Assembly: GCA_964347325.1 (NCBI GenBank)
Contig: CAYFYA010000008.1
Span: 23,719-87,718 of the forward strand
Source of the DNA: an uncultured Methanomassiliicoccales archaeon
GTDB taxonomy: Archaea; Thermoplasmatota; Thermoplasmata; RBG-16-68-12; JAJISG01
Direction of reading: 5' to 3'
DNA length: 64,000 nt
Position 1 is the stretch's first letter. The number at the start of each line of letters is the position of its first letter. Shown one piece after another: positions 48,395-57,315 of this stretch. The notes under the pieces are model-generated. The model was not told the origin of the DNA, did no database searches, and worked only from the letters and a program-made list of their open reading frames with translations. Made by a program: the position numbers and the translations under genes.

Positions 48395-48667
48395 ATGGCG
48401 AACCTGGTGCTGCTCGGGGCGGGAATGGCTGCCTTCGGCTTCCTTGTCGGCCTCGTGACCGGCCTCAGCAAGCAGCAGAACGCGGGCAGGGACTTCGTGA
48501 TAGCCCTCCTGGGAGGAGGCCTGATCACCCAGCTGTTCACGATGCTTGCGGGCATGGACGTGGACCTAGTCGCCGTTGCACTCCTGGGCTTCTCCGTAGG
48601 CGCTGTTGTCGGCATTGCGATCGGTCTCGCGTTCCGCGGTTCGATTCAAGCTCGCCTGGTCAGCTAG
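48395..48667 (+). CDS. Small 3-TM membrane protein
   Basis: Hydrophobic 90-aa ORF followed by a T6 tract. Confidence 0.4.
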   Translation: MANLVLLGAGMAAFGFLVGLVTGLSKQQNAGRDFVIALLGGGLITQLFTMLAGMDVDLVAVALLGFSVGAVVGIAIGLAFRGSIQARLVS

Positions 48668-48692
48668 GGACGGCGAATCCACTCTGTGGGCG

Positions 48693-48700
48693 TTTTTTGA
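48693..48700 (+). terminator. Oligo-T tract (GTTTTTTG); putative archaeal intrinsic terminator
   Basis: T6 run 26 bp after the stop at 48667. Confidence 0.3.
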
Positions 48701-48895
48701 GCGCACTTCAAGAGTCCAGAAAAGAAAGAAAAAGGGGAAGGGGGCCTCCCTCACAGGATGGAGACCCAGAAGGCTGCGACGCGGAGAGCCGCCAAGGCGA
48801 CCACCGCCAGGATTGCGATGCCCCTGAACACGGCCTTCACCTCCTTCTCCCTGGGTATTTGTATAGTGCCCCTCCTCGGCACTTGTTCAACCGGC

Positions 48896-49146
48896 TCACC
48901 TCGTAGGCGCTGGGTTCTCGGTCTTTCGGCCGCTGTTTGCCAGAGCCCTCATGGCCTTGGCGAGGGCGCTGTAGGTCCTCGCGGCCAGGCCCTTCCGGGA
49001 CTCGGTCCCGTCGGCCACCTCCTTCAGGAAGTATCCGGGTCCGGTGCCAGGCCCGTACTCCATCCGGAGGTAGCGTGAGAGCTCCGCGTACTGCTGCGGG
49101 CTTGCGCGTTCCTTCACGACGGCCTTGCCGTATTCATGCTGCATTT
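48896..49146 (-). CDS. Hypothetical soluble protein (83 aa from 'MQHEYGKAVV')
   Basis: A GGAGG lies 6 bp upstream of the ATG at 49144-49146. No recognisable domain. Confidence 0.35.
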
Positions 49147-49503
49147 CTTTCTGCCTCCTTGGCGATCCTTTCCGACCACCTAGGAGGAGGCAGGTGAGAG
49201 GGGGGTCATTGGCCTGCCGTAGTAGGTCCATAGTAACTACTATGGAGCGGTATCCGTTCCGCTTTGGCAGAAATACGGCAAGCCGATCGGAGAGGAGTCA
49301 CGCCTCGATGTTGCGGCAATCCGCAGCCTCACTAGGCAGTTCACTAACTCGTTGTCGCCCGACCGCAGCAGTAGACACCGTCGAAATGATGGGAGATCTC
49401 TCGGCGTACTCCAAAGGCCAGCCTACACCCAGAGAATGCAGTCAAAGCTGGCCGACGTAGGGCGTGCTAGGCACCAACCGTATCGCAAGGCTGCTTGCGA
49501 GCT

Positions 49504-49920
49504 CTATCTGGCTACCCTCGATGCACCAGAGGCGATGGCGAGGCCTCCACCCGCGAGGCCCGTTATGATGCTTAGTGCGTAGTCCGTCCCTCCAATCACA
49601 AAGGTCACAATGGAAAGGACGATAACGACGATTCCACCGATCCGCGCGGACCTGGGACTGATGAATGTAAGGATCGCCAAGACAAGAACCAGAACCCCGA
49701 CGCCCCGCAGGATGTTGACCAGAAGGTCCCAGATCGAAGCGTCCACGAATATGAACGGACCGAACTGCATCGCAGACCCAGCGTAAGGACCCTGCATGCC
49801 TGCTACCTGCATCGGCTCTTCACCGCTCAGTCCGATAGGATGTCCCATGCAACCCGCCGAGGTCCCCAGGTTAGAACCACCAGCTACTGTGTCCAATGCT
49901 CCAGCTACTTTATTGCTCAA
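49504..49920 (-). CDS. Hypothetical Gly-rich membrane protein (TTG start with a GGAGG RBS)
   Basis: Two or three TM segments. TATA-like 'GTATAAATAA' at 49955-49964 upstream. Confidence 0.45.
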   Translation of the reverse strand: MSNKVAGALDTVAGGSNLGTSAGCMGHPIGLSGEEPMQVAGMQGPYAGSAMQFGPFIFVDASIWDLLVNILRGVGVLVLVLAILTFISPRSARIGGIVVIVLSIVTFVIGGTDYALSIITGLAGGGLAIASGASRVAR

Positions 49921-50128
49921 TTAGCCTCCCCCGTGCCGATAGCCACCTCTATCGTATAAATAACTTTGTTAGCTTTCGCAGACTCCCTGCCCGACCGTCG
50001 AATTCCGTCTAGATGTCGACGTGGGCTGCGGCCGGAAGCCGTCTCCGGGCCTTGCCAACGGTTCCGAGAGCCTCCAGCCACAGGTGCAGGAGTCACGGTA
50101 TCTCCTGTGCCTGCGAACTGTTATCTAG

Positions 50129-52969
50129 ATGCATGACGGTCCAACAAGAGCGGGGGCCCTGGCAACGACCTTAGAAGCTCCAACTGTGAAGGACCGGATT
50201 TTGCTCCACCTCTTTGGCTATAGGCAACACGAGGAGGACTTCGCAGTCCCTCTGGTGATAACACAGGAAGGAATTGCCCGGGCGGTATGGATTGATGTCC
50301 GTCATGTGGTTCAGTACGTCCGTCCCCTCATGGAGGAAGAGTTCGTCCGGGAACGGATGGCACATATAGAGGGTGGGAGGAGAAGGCGCAAGGTCTACTG
50401 TCTCACGGACCGAGGGAAATCAAGAGCGCTGCAGCTCCAGAAGAGCCTAGCCTCCGAAACCGTGCGCGTTCGAGACGCTGAGGGTGTTCGTGAAGAGACG
50501 GTTGCGGAAGTTCTTCAGCGGCCTGGTGTAGAGACCTCGGTTCTGGAAGTCATACGCGAGTTCGTTCACTCAGGGGCAGTCGATGTTACGGCCCTCCAGG
50601 CTCCCTCCCCAGGTAGATACGTAGAGATGCTAGCTGACGCGCCGAAGGTCTCCGAGTTCCTCGGACGTGAGAGGGAACTTGAAACTCTCATGCGGGAAGG
50701 TGACGGGCCACGGATCTTCGTCATAAAGGGTGTGGCTGGGATCGGCAAGTCCACACTGGCAGCCAGGGTATGCGGGCTCCGAAGAAGCCGCCAGAATGTC
50801 TTTTGGCATAGAATCAGGTCGTGGGACACCCCCCACTCGATCCTCGCTGCCCTCGGCACCTTCCTCTCGGCCCTGGGAAGGCCCGGCCTGAAGACTGTCC
50901 TGGCGGAGGGTAGGCCCGAGATGGCTCCCGAGGTACTCAGAGAAGATCTTCCCGGCGTGAAGGCGGTGATAGTGATTGACGATGCCCACGACGCGAGTCG
51001 TGATGTGCTGGAATTCCTCCGCTTCCTGAAGGATGCGATTGCGGAGACCCCGGGGGTAACAGCACTGGTTATCACCCGACGGTCCCTTCCATTCTACGAC
51101 AGACGCGACGTGGTCCTCGACGAGATGGTTCAGGAGGTAGATCTAGAGGGTCTCGAGCCGGAGGTCGTCGAAGCAACAACCTCGGCTGAGGAGAGGGGTA
51201 GTCTGCCGATCGACCTGCTTCGTCACCCCCTCTTCCTGAAGCTAATGCGAGCCTCAACCGGAAGGAGAGCGCGTCGAGAGGCGCTAAGGGACTTCCACCG
51301 CTTCATCCAAGAGGCGATCTACTCGGAGTTGCCGGAGCCTGGGAGGAGGATGATGAAGATTGCCTCTCTATACCGAGTCCCAATCCCCCCAGAGGCCCTC
51401 CTCTTCGAGGCCACCTTGTCCCGCGACGTCATGCACGATCTGATGGAAAGAGCCCTTCTCACCGTAGTTGGCGAGGAGGACGTGGAAGTTCACGACACCA
51501 TTCGGGACTTCTTCGAGGCATTGCTCACGGAGGTCGAGAAGACGGAGTTCAGGGCCTTCGTAGTCCCACAGCTACGCGAACTAGCTTCCAAGGCTTGGGA
51601 CCAGGGAGATCTCTCCTACTGTATCAGCTGTCTCTCAAACGCCCTACACCTCTCCCCATCGGGATCGGAAGGATTAGCCGTCTATGAGGCCCTCGGCGAC
51701 GTCAAGGAGCGCATCGGTGACGTCGAAGGAGGCCTTGAGTCCTACAGGATGGCTATGGTTGCCGCCGGAGACCCTGAGTACTCGGCACGGCTCTACAGGA
51801 AGATAGGCACGGCTCTGGTCATTCGAGGAGAGATCCCTCCAGCCGCTAAGGCCGTGGAGGATGGATTCCAGGCCCTTGGACAAAGGGTCTGCGCAGAGCT
51901 CGGTTGGCTCAACCTGACCAGGTGTCGGGTCCTTGAGTGGCTTGAGCGCTGGGAGGAAGCCAAGGAGCACGGCATTGTCGCCTTGGAGACCTTCGAGGCC
52001 TTCGGAGAGCTCAGTGGCCAGGCCCAGGCCTATCTCCTGCTCGGACACATCGAAACGGGGATGCCTGGTGGGAGGCCCTCTCTGGCCCAAAGATACTTCA
52101 AGAGGGCGTTGGACCTGGCAGAAGCCCTTGGCGATGCTGCCGCCGTAGCGACGGTCCATCTGTTCCTCAGCAGTCTCTACGCCTTCCCCCTGGGAAATGT
52201 GGAGAAGGCAGAGGATCATCTGACGGCCGTCAGCCCCCTAGTCGACGACCTGGGAGACACCTTCAAGCGAATCAATTTCCTCTCGATGAAAGGGGCGTTC
52301 GACCTTCACATCAGGGCCGATTTCGAAGGGGCGGAGGCTCTCTTCGAGGAGGCAGCGTCGTTGGGCCGAAAACTCCGCAGCCCGGGTAGGGCAGCCTTCG
52401 CGGAATACCTACTCGGCTGGAGTAACTACTACCAGGGGAGGTTCGGCAAGGCGATGGATATGTTCAGGGAGTTCGCTGACGACATGCGAGAACGCGGTAT
52501 TCAACCGTCAGCAGTGGAGGCTCTGTGTATGGCCGCTGAGTGTGCTTTGCTTGAAGGTAACGTTGACGAGTTCCGTCGAATTCTGGTGGCCCTGAGGGAC
52601 CAGAGTCTCTCCCAAGGCGCTGAGGCTAGGCCGATGATGATGAAGGTGGTTGGTGCCATTGACCTGTTCCTCCGCGGCGACCTCGAAGCGTCCCGCACGT
52701 CCCTGGAGGAGGCAGTTGTGGCCGATGAGGGCGGGCTCGCATTTGACCCCGCTCTTCCCCACGTTGTGCACGCAGCCCTTTCACGGGCACTGGGGCGGGA
52801 GGAGGAGGCGACGGAGCACCTGAAAGCGGCGGCAAGCGCCTTCGAGGCCCTCTCCCGCACGGCCCATCTTAATCTCCTCGAAACCAGAGAGCAGTGTCTG
52901 GCTGAGACGCTCCACTCAACCGCAACTGGGTCCTCCGATCCGCCTACCCCAGCCGGTCGCGGCTCGTAG
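50129..52969 (+). CDS. STAND-class P-loop NTPase with an N-terminal PadR-like winged HTH and C-terminal TPR-like helical repeats
   Basis: wHTH 'RRKVYCLTDRGK'. Walker A 'IKGVAGIGKSTLAARV' and Walker B 'VIVIDDAHD'. Long alpha-helical repeat C-terminus. Confidence 0.75.
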   Translation: MHDGPTRAGALATTLEAPTVKDRILLHLFGYRQHEEDFAVPLVITQEGIARAVWIDVRHVVQYVRPLMEEEFVRERMAHIEGGRRRRKVYCLTDRGKSRALQLQKSLASETVRVRDAEGVREETVAEVLQRPGVETSVLEVIREFVHSGAVDVTALQAPSPGRYVEMLADAPKVSEFLGRERELETLMREGDGPRIFVIKGVAGIGKSTLAARVCGLRRSRQNVFWHRIRSWDTPHSILAALGTFLSALGRPGLKTVLAEGRPEMAPEVLREDLPGVKAVIVIDDAHDASRDVLEFLRFLKDAIAETPGVTALVITRRSLPFYDRRDVVLDEMVQEVDLEGLEPEVVEATTSAEERGSLPIDLLRHPLFLKLMRASTGRRARREALRDFHRFIQEAIYSELPEPGRRMMKIASLYRVPIPPEALLFEATLSRDVMHDLMERALLTVVGEEDVEVHDTIRDFFEALLTEVEKTEFRAFVVPQLRELASKAWDQGDLSYCISCLSNALHLSPSGSEGLAVYEALGDVKERIGDVEGGLESYRMAMVAAGDPEYSARLYRKIGTALVIRGEIPPAAKAVEDGFQALGQRVCAELGWLNLTRCRVLEWLERWEEAKEHGIVALETFEAFGELSGQAQAYLLLGHIETGMPGGRPSLAQRYFKRALDLAEALGDAAAVATVHLFLSSLYAFPLGNVEKAEDHLTAVSPLVDDLGDTFKRINFLSMKGAFDLHIRADFEGAEALFEEAASLGRKLRSPGRAAFAEYLLGWSNYYQGRFGKAMDMFREFADDMRERGIQPSAVEALCMAAECALLEGNVDEFRRILVALRDQSLSQGAEARPMMMKVVGAIDLFLRGDLEASRTSLEEAVVADEGGLAFDPALPHVVHAALSRALGREEEATEHLKAAASAFEALSRTAHLNLLETREQCLAETLHSTATGSSDPPTPAGRGS

Positions 52970-52988
52970 TCTCCGATCCCGAGCCCGA

Positions 52989-53303
52989 CTACTTCTTTTG
53001 CAGGACCTCCTCGACCCAGATGAGGCTCCTCATCATGGTGGGGAAGCCCAAGGTTGTCACTGCCAACAGCGCCGCGTGTCTCAGCTCTTCGGGGGTAACT
53101 CCCGCTTCTAGCGCCCGTCGGACGTGGGAGTGGGCAGCTCCCTCCATGGCCGCGCCGAAGGAGATCCCCAGCCTCACCAGCTCCCTGGTCTTCGCGTCCA
53201 GGGGGCCCGCCTCGAGGGCCTCTATGCCAAGCTTCTCATACGCCTCGTAGAGCCTCGGGTAGTCGGCCTTGAAGTCTTCAAAGGGTTTGGGTAATTCCGG
53301 CAT
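52989..53303 (-). CDS. Carboxymuconolactone decarboxylase (CMD/AhpD-like) family protein
   Basis: 104-aa all-helical CMD-domain pattern 'ELVRLGISFGAAMEGAAHSHVRRALEAGVTPEELRHAALLAV'. Confidence 0.65.
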   Translation of the reverse strand: MPELPKPFEDFKADYPRLYEAYEKLGIEALEAGPLDAKTRELVRLGISFGAAMEGAAHSHVRRALEAGVTPEELRHAALLAVTTLGFPTMMRSLIWVEEVLQKK

Positions 53304-53381
53304 CGCTTCATTCCTCCGCTCGAATTCCGATTCGGGCTGTCCTGAGTGGACCGTAGCCTATGAGTTTTGTGCCCACTTTCT

Positions 53382-54656
53382 CTAGAGGAGGATTCTCCGC
53401 CGGCGGAGGAGGTGGTAAGCCACGGTCCCTCCCACCATCCCAATGACGTACCCGTACGGCAGCCCGATGATGATGGCACCCACGAGGAGGGCGATGGTTA
53501 GGTCCAGCTTGCTGTCCTTCACCTTAGCCACCAGCTTCACCAGGGCGAAGCCCTCAAAGACCAGAAGCACCCCGAGGATCGGGAAGGGGAAGACCTTCAC
53601 CACCTCGAAAATCACCCCACTGAAGAAGAGGCCGAGGACGAGGAAGATCGCACCGTAGATTACCACCGAACCGCCGGTCCGGGCGCCGAAGCGGTAGTGT
53701 CCGGCCATGCCGCCAGAGCCATGGCAGACGGGGACACCGCTGGCGAAGGGCGCTGCCAGGTTCATCAAGGAGTAGGTGAGTCCGATTCTGCGTGGCGTTA
53801 CGTCCACTCTCTGCGGGAAGTAGTCGCGGACGAGGTAGGCCGTGGCCACAATGGAGTTCGCTATGGAGAGCGGGATCTGGGGAAGGGCCAGCTGGATCCC
53901 ACCTTGGACGATGTCATTGATGGAAGGGACGTTGAACTTGGGCAGGGCGAATCCCACCCCGCCCAGGACGGCGCCGGAGTCGAATCCCTGGAACAAGGCG
54001 AGGCCGACTCCGGCGGCAATGAGTATGAGGGCAGGGGGGAATCTGCTCCCCCGTCCCAGGAAGAGCACCACGAGGATCCCGGCGAAGGCGACGACGTAGC
54101 CAATGATCGCCTCCCCCAGGGGAGCCCCGGGCTGCAGTATGAACCCGAAGGCGATGAGCATGAGCGTCAGGCCCAGGCCCAACTGGATGCCTCGGACGAC
54201 GCCTGGCGGGATGACCCTGTGAATCCAGTCGATGGAACGTGTCAGCACCAGGGCTAGCATCACCGCCCCGACCACGAGGCCGCCTCCGTAGAGCCAACTC
54301 GCCGAGGCGCCGGGGCCCAGTGCTATCATTATGGCGGCCATCGCCTTCAGGGGCTGCACGGGCATAGGGAGGCCATATCGGAGGGCCGTGAGGATCTGGA
54401 AGACACCGAACATCACAAAGGTGCTCGCCGCGTCCAAGCCGTTGATCGCCACCATCGCCAGGATGAGGGGCAGGTCCGTGCCGATATCGCCGAAGGCGCC
54501 GGCGATCTCTCCCCGGTTGAACAGGACCCGAGGTGCCTGGGGAGCCGCGGTCACGGGAGTCCACGATGGATTCCTCTCTAATAATATCGAGGTCCTCCTT
54601 GGGTCACGACTCGAGGACGGCCTTCCCACCAGTCTCCTTATGGGGAGCTTCCCCAC
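53382..54656 (-). CDS. MOT1-family (MFS-like) molybdate transporter with two internal repeats
   Basis: 'AGAFGDIGTDLPLILAM..GLPMPVQPLKAMAAI' closely matches the conserved MOT1 'GDLGTYIPI...PMPVQPMK' motifs. The start is uncertain. Confidence 0.6.
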   Translation of the reverse strand: MGKLPIRRLVGRPSSSRDPRRTSILLERNPSWTPVTAAPQAPRVLFNRGEIAGAFGDIGTDLPLILAMVAINGLDAASTFVMFGVFQILTALRYGLPMPVQPLKAMAAIMIALGPGASASWLYGGGLVVGAVMLALVLTRSIDWIHRVIPPGVVRGIQLGLGLTLMLIAFGFILQPGAPLGEAIIGYVVAFAGILVVLFLGRGSRFPPALILIAAGVGLALFQGFDSGAVLGGVGFALPKFNVPSINDIVQGGIQLALPQIPLSIANSIVATAYLVRDYFPQRVDVTPRRIGLTYSLMNLAAPFASGVPVCHGSGGMAGHYRFGARTGGSVVIYGAIFLVLGLFFSGVIFEVVKVFPFPILGVLLVFEGFALVKLVAKVKDSKLDLTIALLVGAIIIGLPYGYVIGMVGGTVAYHLLRRRRILL

Positions 54657-54976
54657 TTCGACGGGTAGCCGACGATGGCAACCGAGGTGTTAGTCGCCGT
54701 CATAACCGTATTCGATGCTCCACGAAACACCTTGCTAGCCCTTCCGCCCAATACCACCAAGCCAGCCTGGTCAAGGTGTTCCACATCGCAGCTCGCACGT
54801 CGAAATGTCGAAACCTAAACGGCGGTGGGGCCGGTGTCGAACAGGGTGACCTCGTGGTCGTGACCATGACTTCCTTAGCACGACCCACGTGGCCCACTTG
54901 GAGACCACCTTGGTCCTGCCTCATGCACGCCCTGTGACGGCGCTCTGGGGGAGTTCGATGCAATCCAGAGGTGGGC

Positions 54977-56392
54977 CTACTGAGTTGGTGTCAAAACACG
55001 GCAGTCGGAGCAATAGCGGTTGAGCACTGGAATCAGCGAGGTATACTCCTCTCCTAGAAGCTCGCCGACCCTCTCCAGCATTGCCTGGGGTGCTATCGGA
55101 GCCCCACATCTCTCACACGTGGGCGTGGCATCGCGATGGAGGGCGATTCTGCCTTGGTTCAATCGGCCGAGGTCCACAGTCTTGACGAGTCGAATCGCGC
55201 CGCGATGTCTCTCCGGGCACGGTGGGATACAGATACCGCAGGCCACGCACTTCATGGCATCGAACGTCAGGAAGACTCCTTCCACCTCGCTCCCATAGAC
55301 CAGGGCGTCTGTGGGACAGGCTTCTGCGCACATGCCACAAGTTGTGCAAGCCTCCCCGATTTCCACCACTCCCAGGGGCGATCGCTCGTGGGCGACGGTG
55401 ACTTCCTCCCCGCCGAACAGGTGCGCCAAAACCCTCAGGATTTCCGGAATCGCTTCATGACCAAAGGGCCGATCCAAAGATACCGGGGTCACGCCACGCG
55501 GCGGGTCCTGACTCAGGTCTGGGCCCAACAATACGAGATCCTCCGGGGCCCCGAGACTGGCGAGGAAATCCCGACAGAAGGCCACAGTCTCGGCGATCTT
55601 GTCCGCCTGACCTGCGGGGCACTCGATGGGACATCCCTGAATACCGACCGTACCCGCCCCCATCAGGAGAGGAGCGAGCATCCAACCCGGCGTCGCCATG
55701 CCCGCGCAAGGGAGTCTGAGCGGCATCCATCCCTCTGCGCCCTGCGGTGCGGGAGAGTGTGCACAATGGTACACGATGCCACGAGGCCCGTTCTCTCCAG
55801 AGATGAGGGCACCTACCTGTGCCTCCAACTGTGCGGGCGTGGTCGTGGGGTCGTGAACGGCTCCACACGGACAAGCAGTAACGCAGATACCGCAGGGTTC
55901 ACAGGTCGACTTGTCGAATCGAATCCGCCCCTCGGACCACTTGAGGGCACCCTGGGGACACACCTGGGTGCATACATTGCATCCGCCGCCGGCCGCACAA
56001 GCGGTACGGTCTACGGACGGGACTGCCCGATATTCGGTCCACCTGAGTCCGAACAAGGACCTCCTGCCGATCCTGGAGGATCTGTAAATCTTGGAGTGTT
56101 CAGGGCGGCTGCCGGCGAAGGCCCTCGCCCTCGCCACGGCGGCTGCCAAGAGGACCTTGCCCCTTTCCGGGGTGGCCTCCCCCAGGTGAACGATCTCTAC
56201 CCCCAGGGGATCGAGACCCGCCTTTCTGACCTCCGGCTGCAGTTCCGCCAGTGAGTAGTTCTTCGAGCAGAGGCCAAGGACCAGACGATCGACTTCCTTG
56301 CCGGCAAGGAGCTCGCTGGCTGTCCCCAAACGTTCGCATAGGTTCGGCACAACCTGGACTTCTGTGTGGCTCTCGCCTCCCCACTCAAGCAC
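54977..56392 (-). CDS. Iron-sulfur protein with multiple 4Fe-4S ferredoxin motifs and MvhD-like domain(s)
   Basis: Ferredoxin motifs 'CTTCGMCAEACP', 'CVACGICIPPCP', 'CEPCGICVTACP' and 'CNVCTQVCP'. MvhD-like 'VYHCAHSP...RLPCAGMATPGWMLAPLLMGAGTVGIQGCPIECPAG'. Confidence 0.65.
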   Translation of the reverse strand: MLEWGGESHTEVQVVPNLCERLGTASELLAGKEVDRLVLGLCSKNYSLAELQPEVRKAGLDPLGVEIVHLGEATPERGKVLLAAAVARARAFAGSRPEHSKIYRSSRIGRRSLFGLRWTEYRAVPSVDRTACAAGGGCNVCTQVCPQGALKWSEGRIRFDKSTCEPCGICVTACPCGAVHDPTTTPAQLEAQVGALISGENGPRGIVYHCAHSPAPQGAEGWMPLRLPCAGMATPGWMLAPLLMGAGTVGIQGCPIECPAGQADKIAETVAFCRDFLASLGAPEDLVLLGPDLSQDPPRGVTPVSLDRPFGHEAIPEILRVLAHLFGGEEVTVAHERSPLGVVEIGEACTTCGMCAEACPTDALVYGSEVEGVFLTFDAMKCVACGICIPPCPERHRGAIRLVKTVDLGRLNQGRIALHRDATPTCERCGAPIAPQAMLERVGELLGEEYTSLIPVLNRYCSDCRVLTPTQ

Positions 56393-56414
56393 ACGAGAGC
56401 TGCTCTCGCTCTCC

Positions 56415-57128
56415 TCACAGAGAAGTACGGTCGTCTCGATGTTCGTAGTCAGCCTCCTTGATTAGGAAGCTCAAGTAGTCCTGGTCGTGCCCTATGAAGG
56501 CGTCGGCGGTCTTGACGATTGCCCTGTAGAACGGTTCCTTCGTGGCATTCACGACGATCTCCGCGAACCTGGAGAACCAGGTGCCAAGGTGTTGCTCCAA
56601 GAAAACGAGCTCCTCTTTCACAGTCTCCTGGGCCTTTCCGAGGCCGCCATCCTTCCAGGCTTCCGCCTCCCTCTCGCAGAGGAAGGCCATCGCATCCATT
56701 TCGATGGACACGTGATCGGGCAGACCCTTGTAATCGGTGGGCAGGTCGAGACCCATCCTGGCATACTCTCCATCCAGCTGGGTGATTATAGCTGTTCGTA
56801 GGCCGGGCGGGGCACGGTAATATGACTCGTGGGGATGACAGATAGGACCCCGCGGACCCACGGAGAAGAGCCTCACATGCTCTTGCTGGATTTTCTTGGC
56901 GCTGTTCAGGCCCTGAAACGCTTCTCTTAGCGCTGCCCAGCTCGGATAGAATGCGAAGTCAGCCAAGTGGCGATCATCGAGGCGTTGCAGGGCGTCCTCA
57001 AGCAAAGCTACACGCTTCCCCTCAGGGTAGAGGAGGCTAGTCGCGAGGAAACGGTAGAGTCCGTGGCGGAGCTGCGCTAGCGCTCCCCCATCCAGCTCAT
57101 TCTCCAGAACTTTCCGGTAGGATTTCAT
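56415..57128 (-). CDS. TorD/DmsD/NarJ-family molybdoenzyme maturation chaperone
   Basis: All-helical 237-aa protein with a TorD-like N-terminus 'LAQLRHGLYRFLATSLLYP'. Located inside the molybdoenzyme operon. Confidence 0.6.
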   Translation of the reverse strand: MKSYRKVLENELDGGALAQLRHGLYRFLATSLLYPEGKRVALLEDALQRLDDRHLADFAFYPSWAALREAFQGLNSAKKIQQEHVRLFSVGPRGPICHPHESYYRAPPGLRTAIITQLDGEYARMGLDLPTDYKGLPDHVSIEMDAMAFLCEREAEAWKDGGLGKAQETVKEELVFLEQHLGTWFSRFAEIVVNATKEPFYRAIVKTADAFIGHDQDYLSFLIKEADYEHRDDRTSL

Positions 57129-57315
57129 AGACCACCGCTGACAGGAACATGACTAGGAAGCCGAGGATGAAAATACCTGGAGCGAACGGAACGATTGGGT
57201 TGCTATGATCGACGTTGCTTGGGGGGAAGCCCCAAGGGGCTGCGAAGTAGAAATAGCTCACGATCATGAGCGCTGCACCGACAACGATGAGGAGAGCAGT
57301 GAGGAGTCTACGCAT
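57097..57315 (-). CDS. Small 2-TM membrane protein with a conserved 'PWGFPPS' motif (72 aa from 'MRRLL', preceded by a GGTGA RBS)
   Basis: Overlaps both the NrfD gene and the TorD gene. A paralog lies at 62697-62912. Confidence 0.5.
   Translation of the reverse strand: MRRLLTALLIVVGAALMIVSYFYFAAPWGFPPSNVDHSNPIVPFAPGIFILGFLVMFLSAVVYEILPESSGE

Noticed and set aside
50129-52969. STAND NTPase as an Avs-type antiphage defence protein
   Set aside because: The N-terminal module is a DNA-binding wHTH, not a nuclease, protease or other effector domain. A transcription-regulator role is more parsimonious. It is kept as a finding with this caveat.
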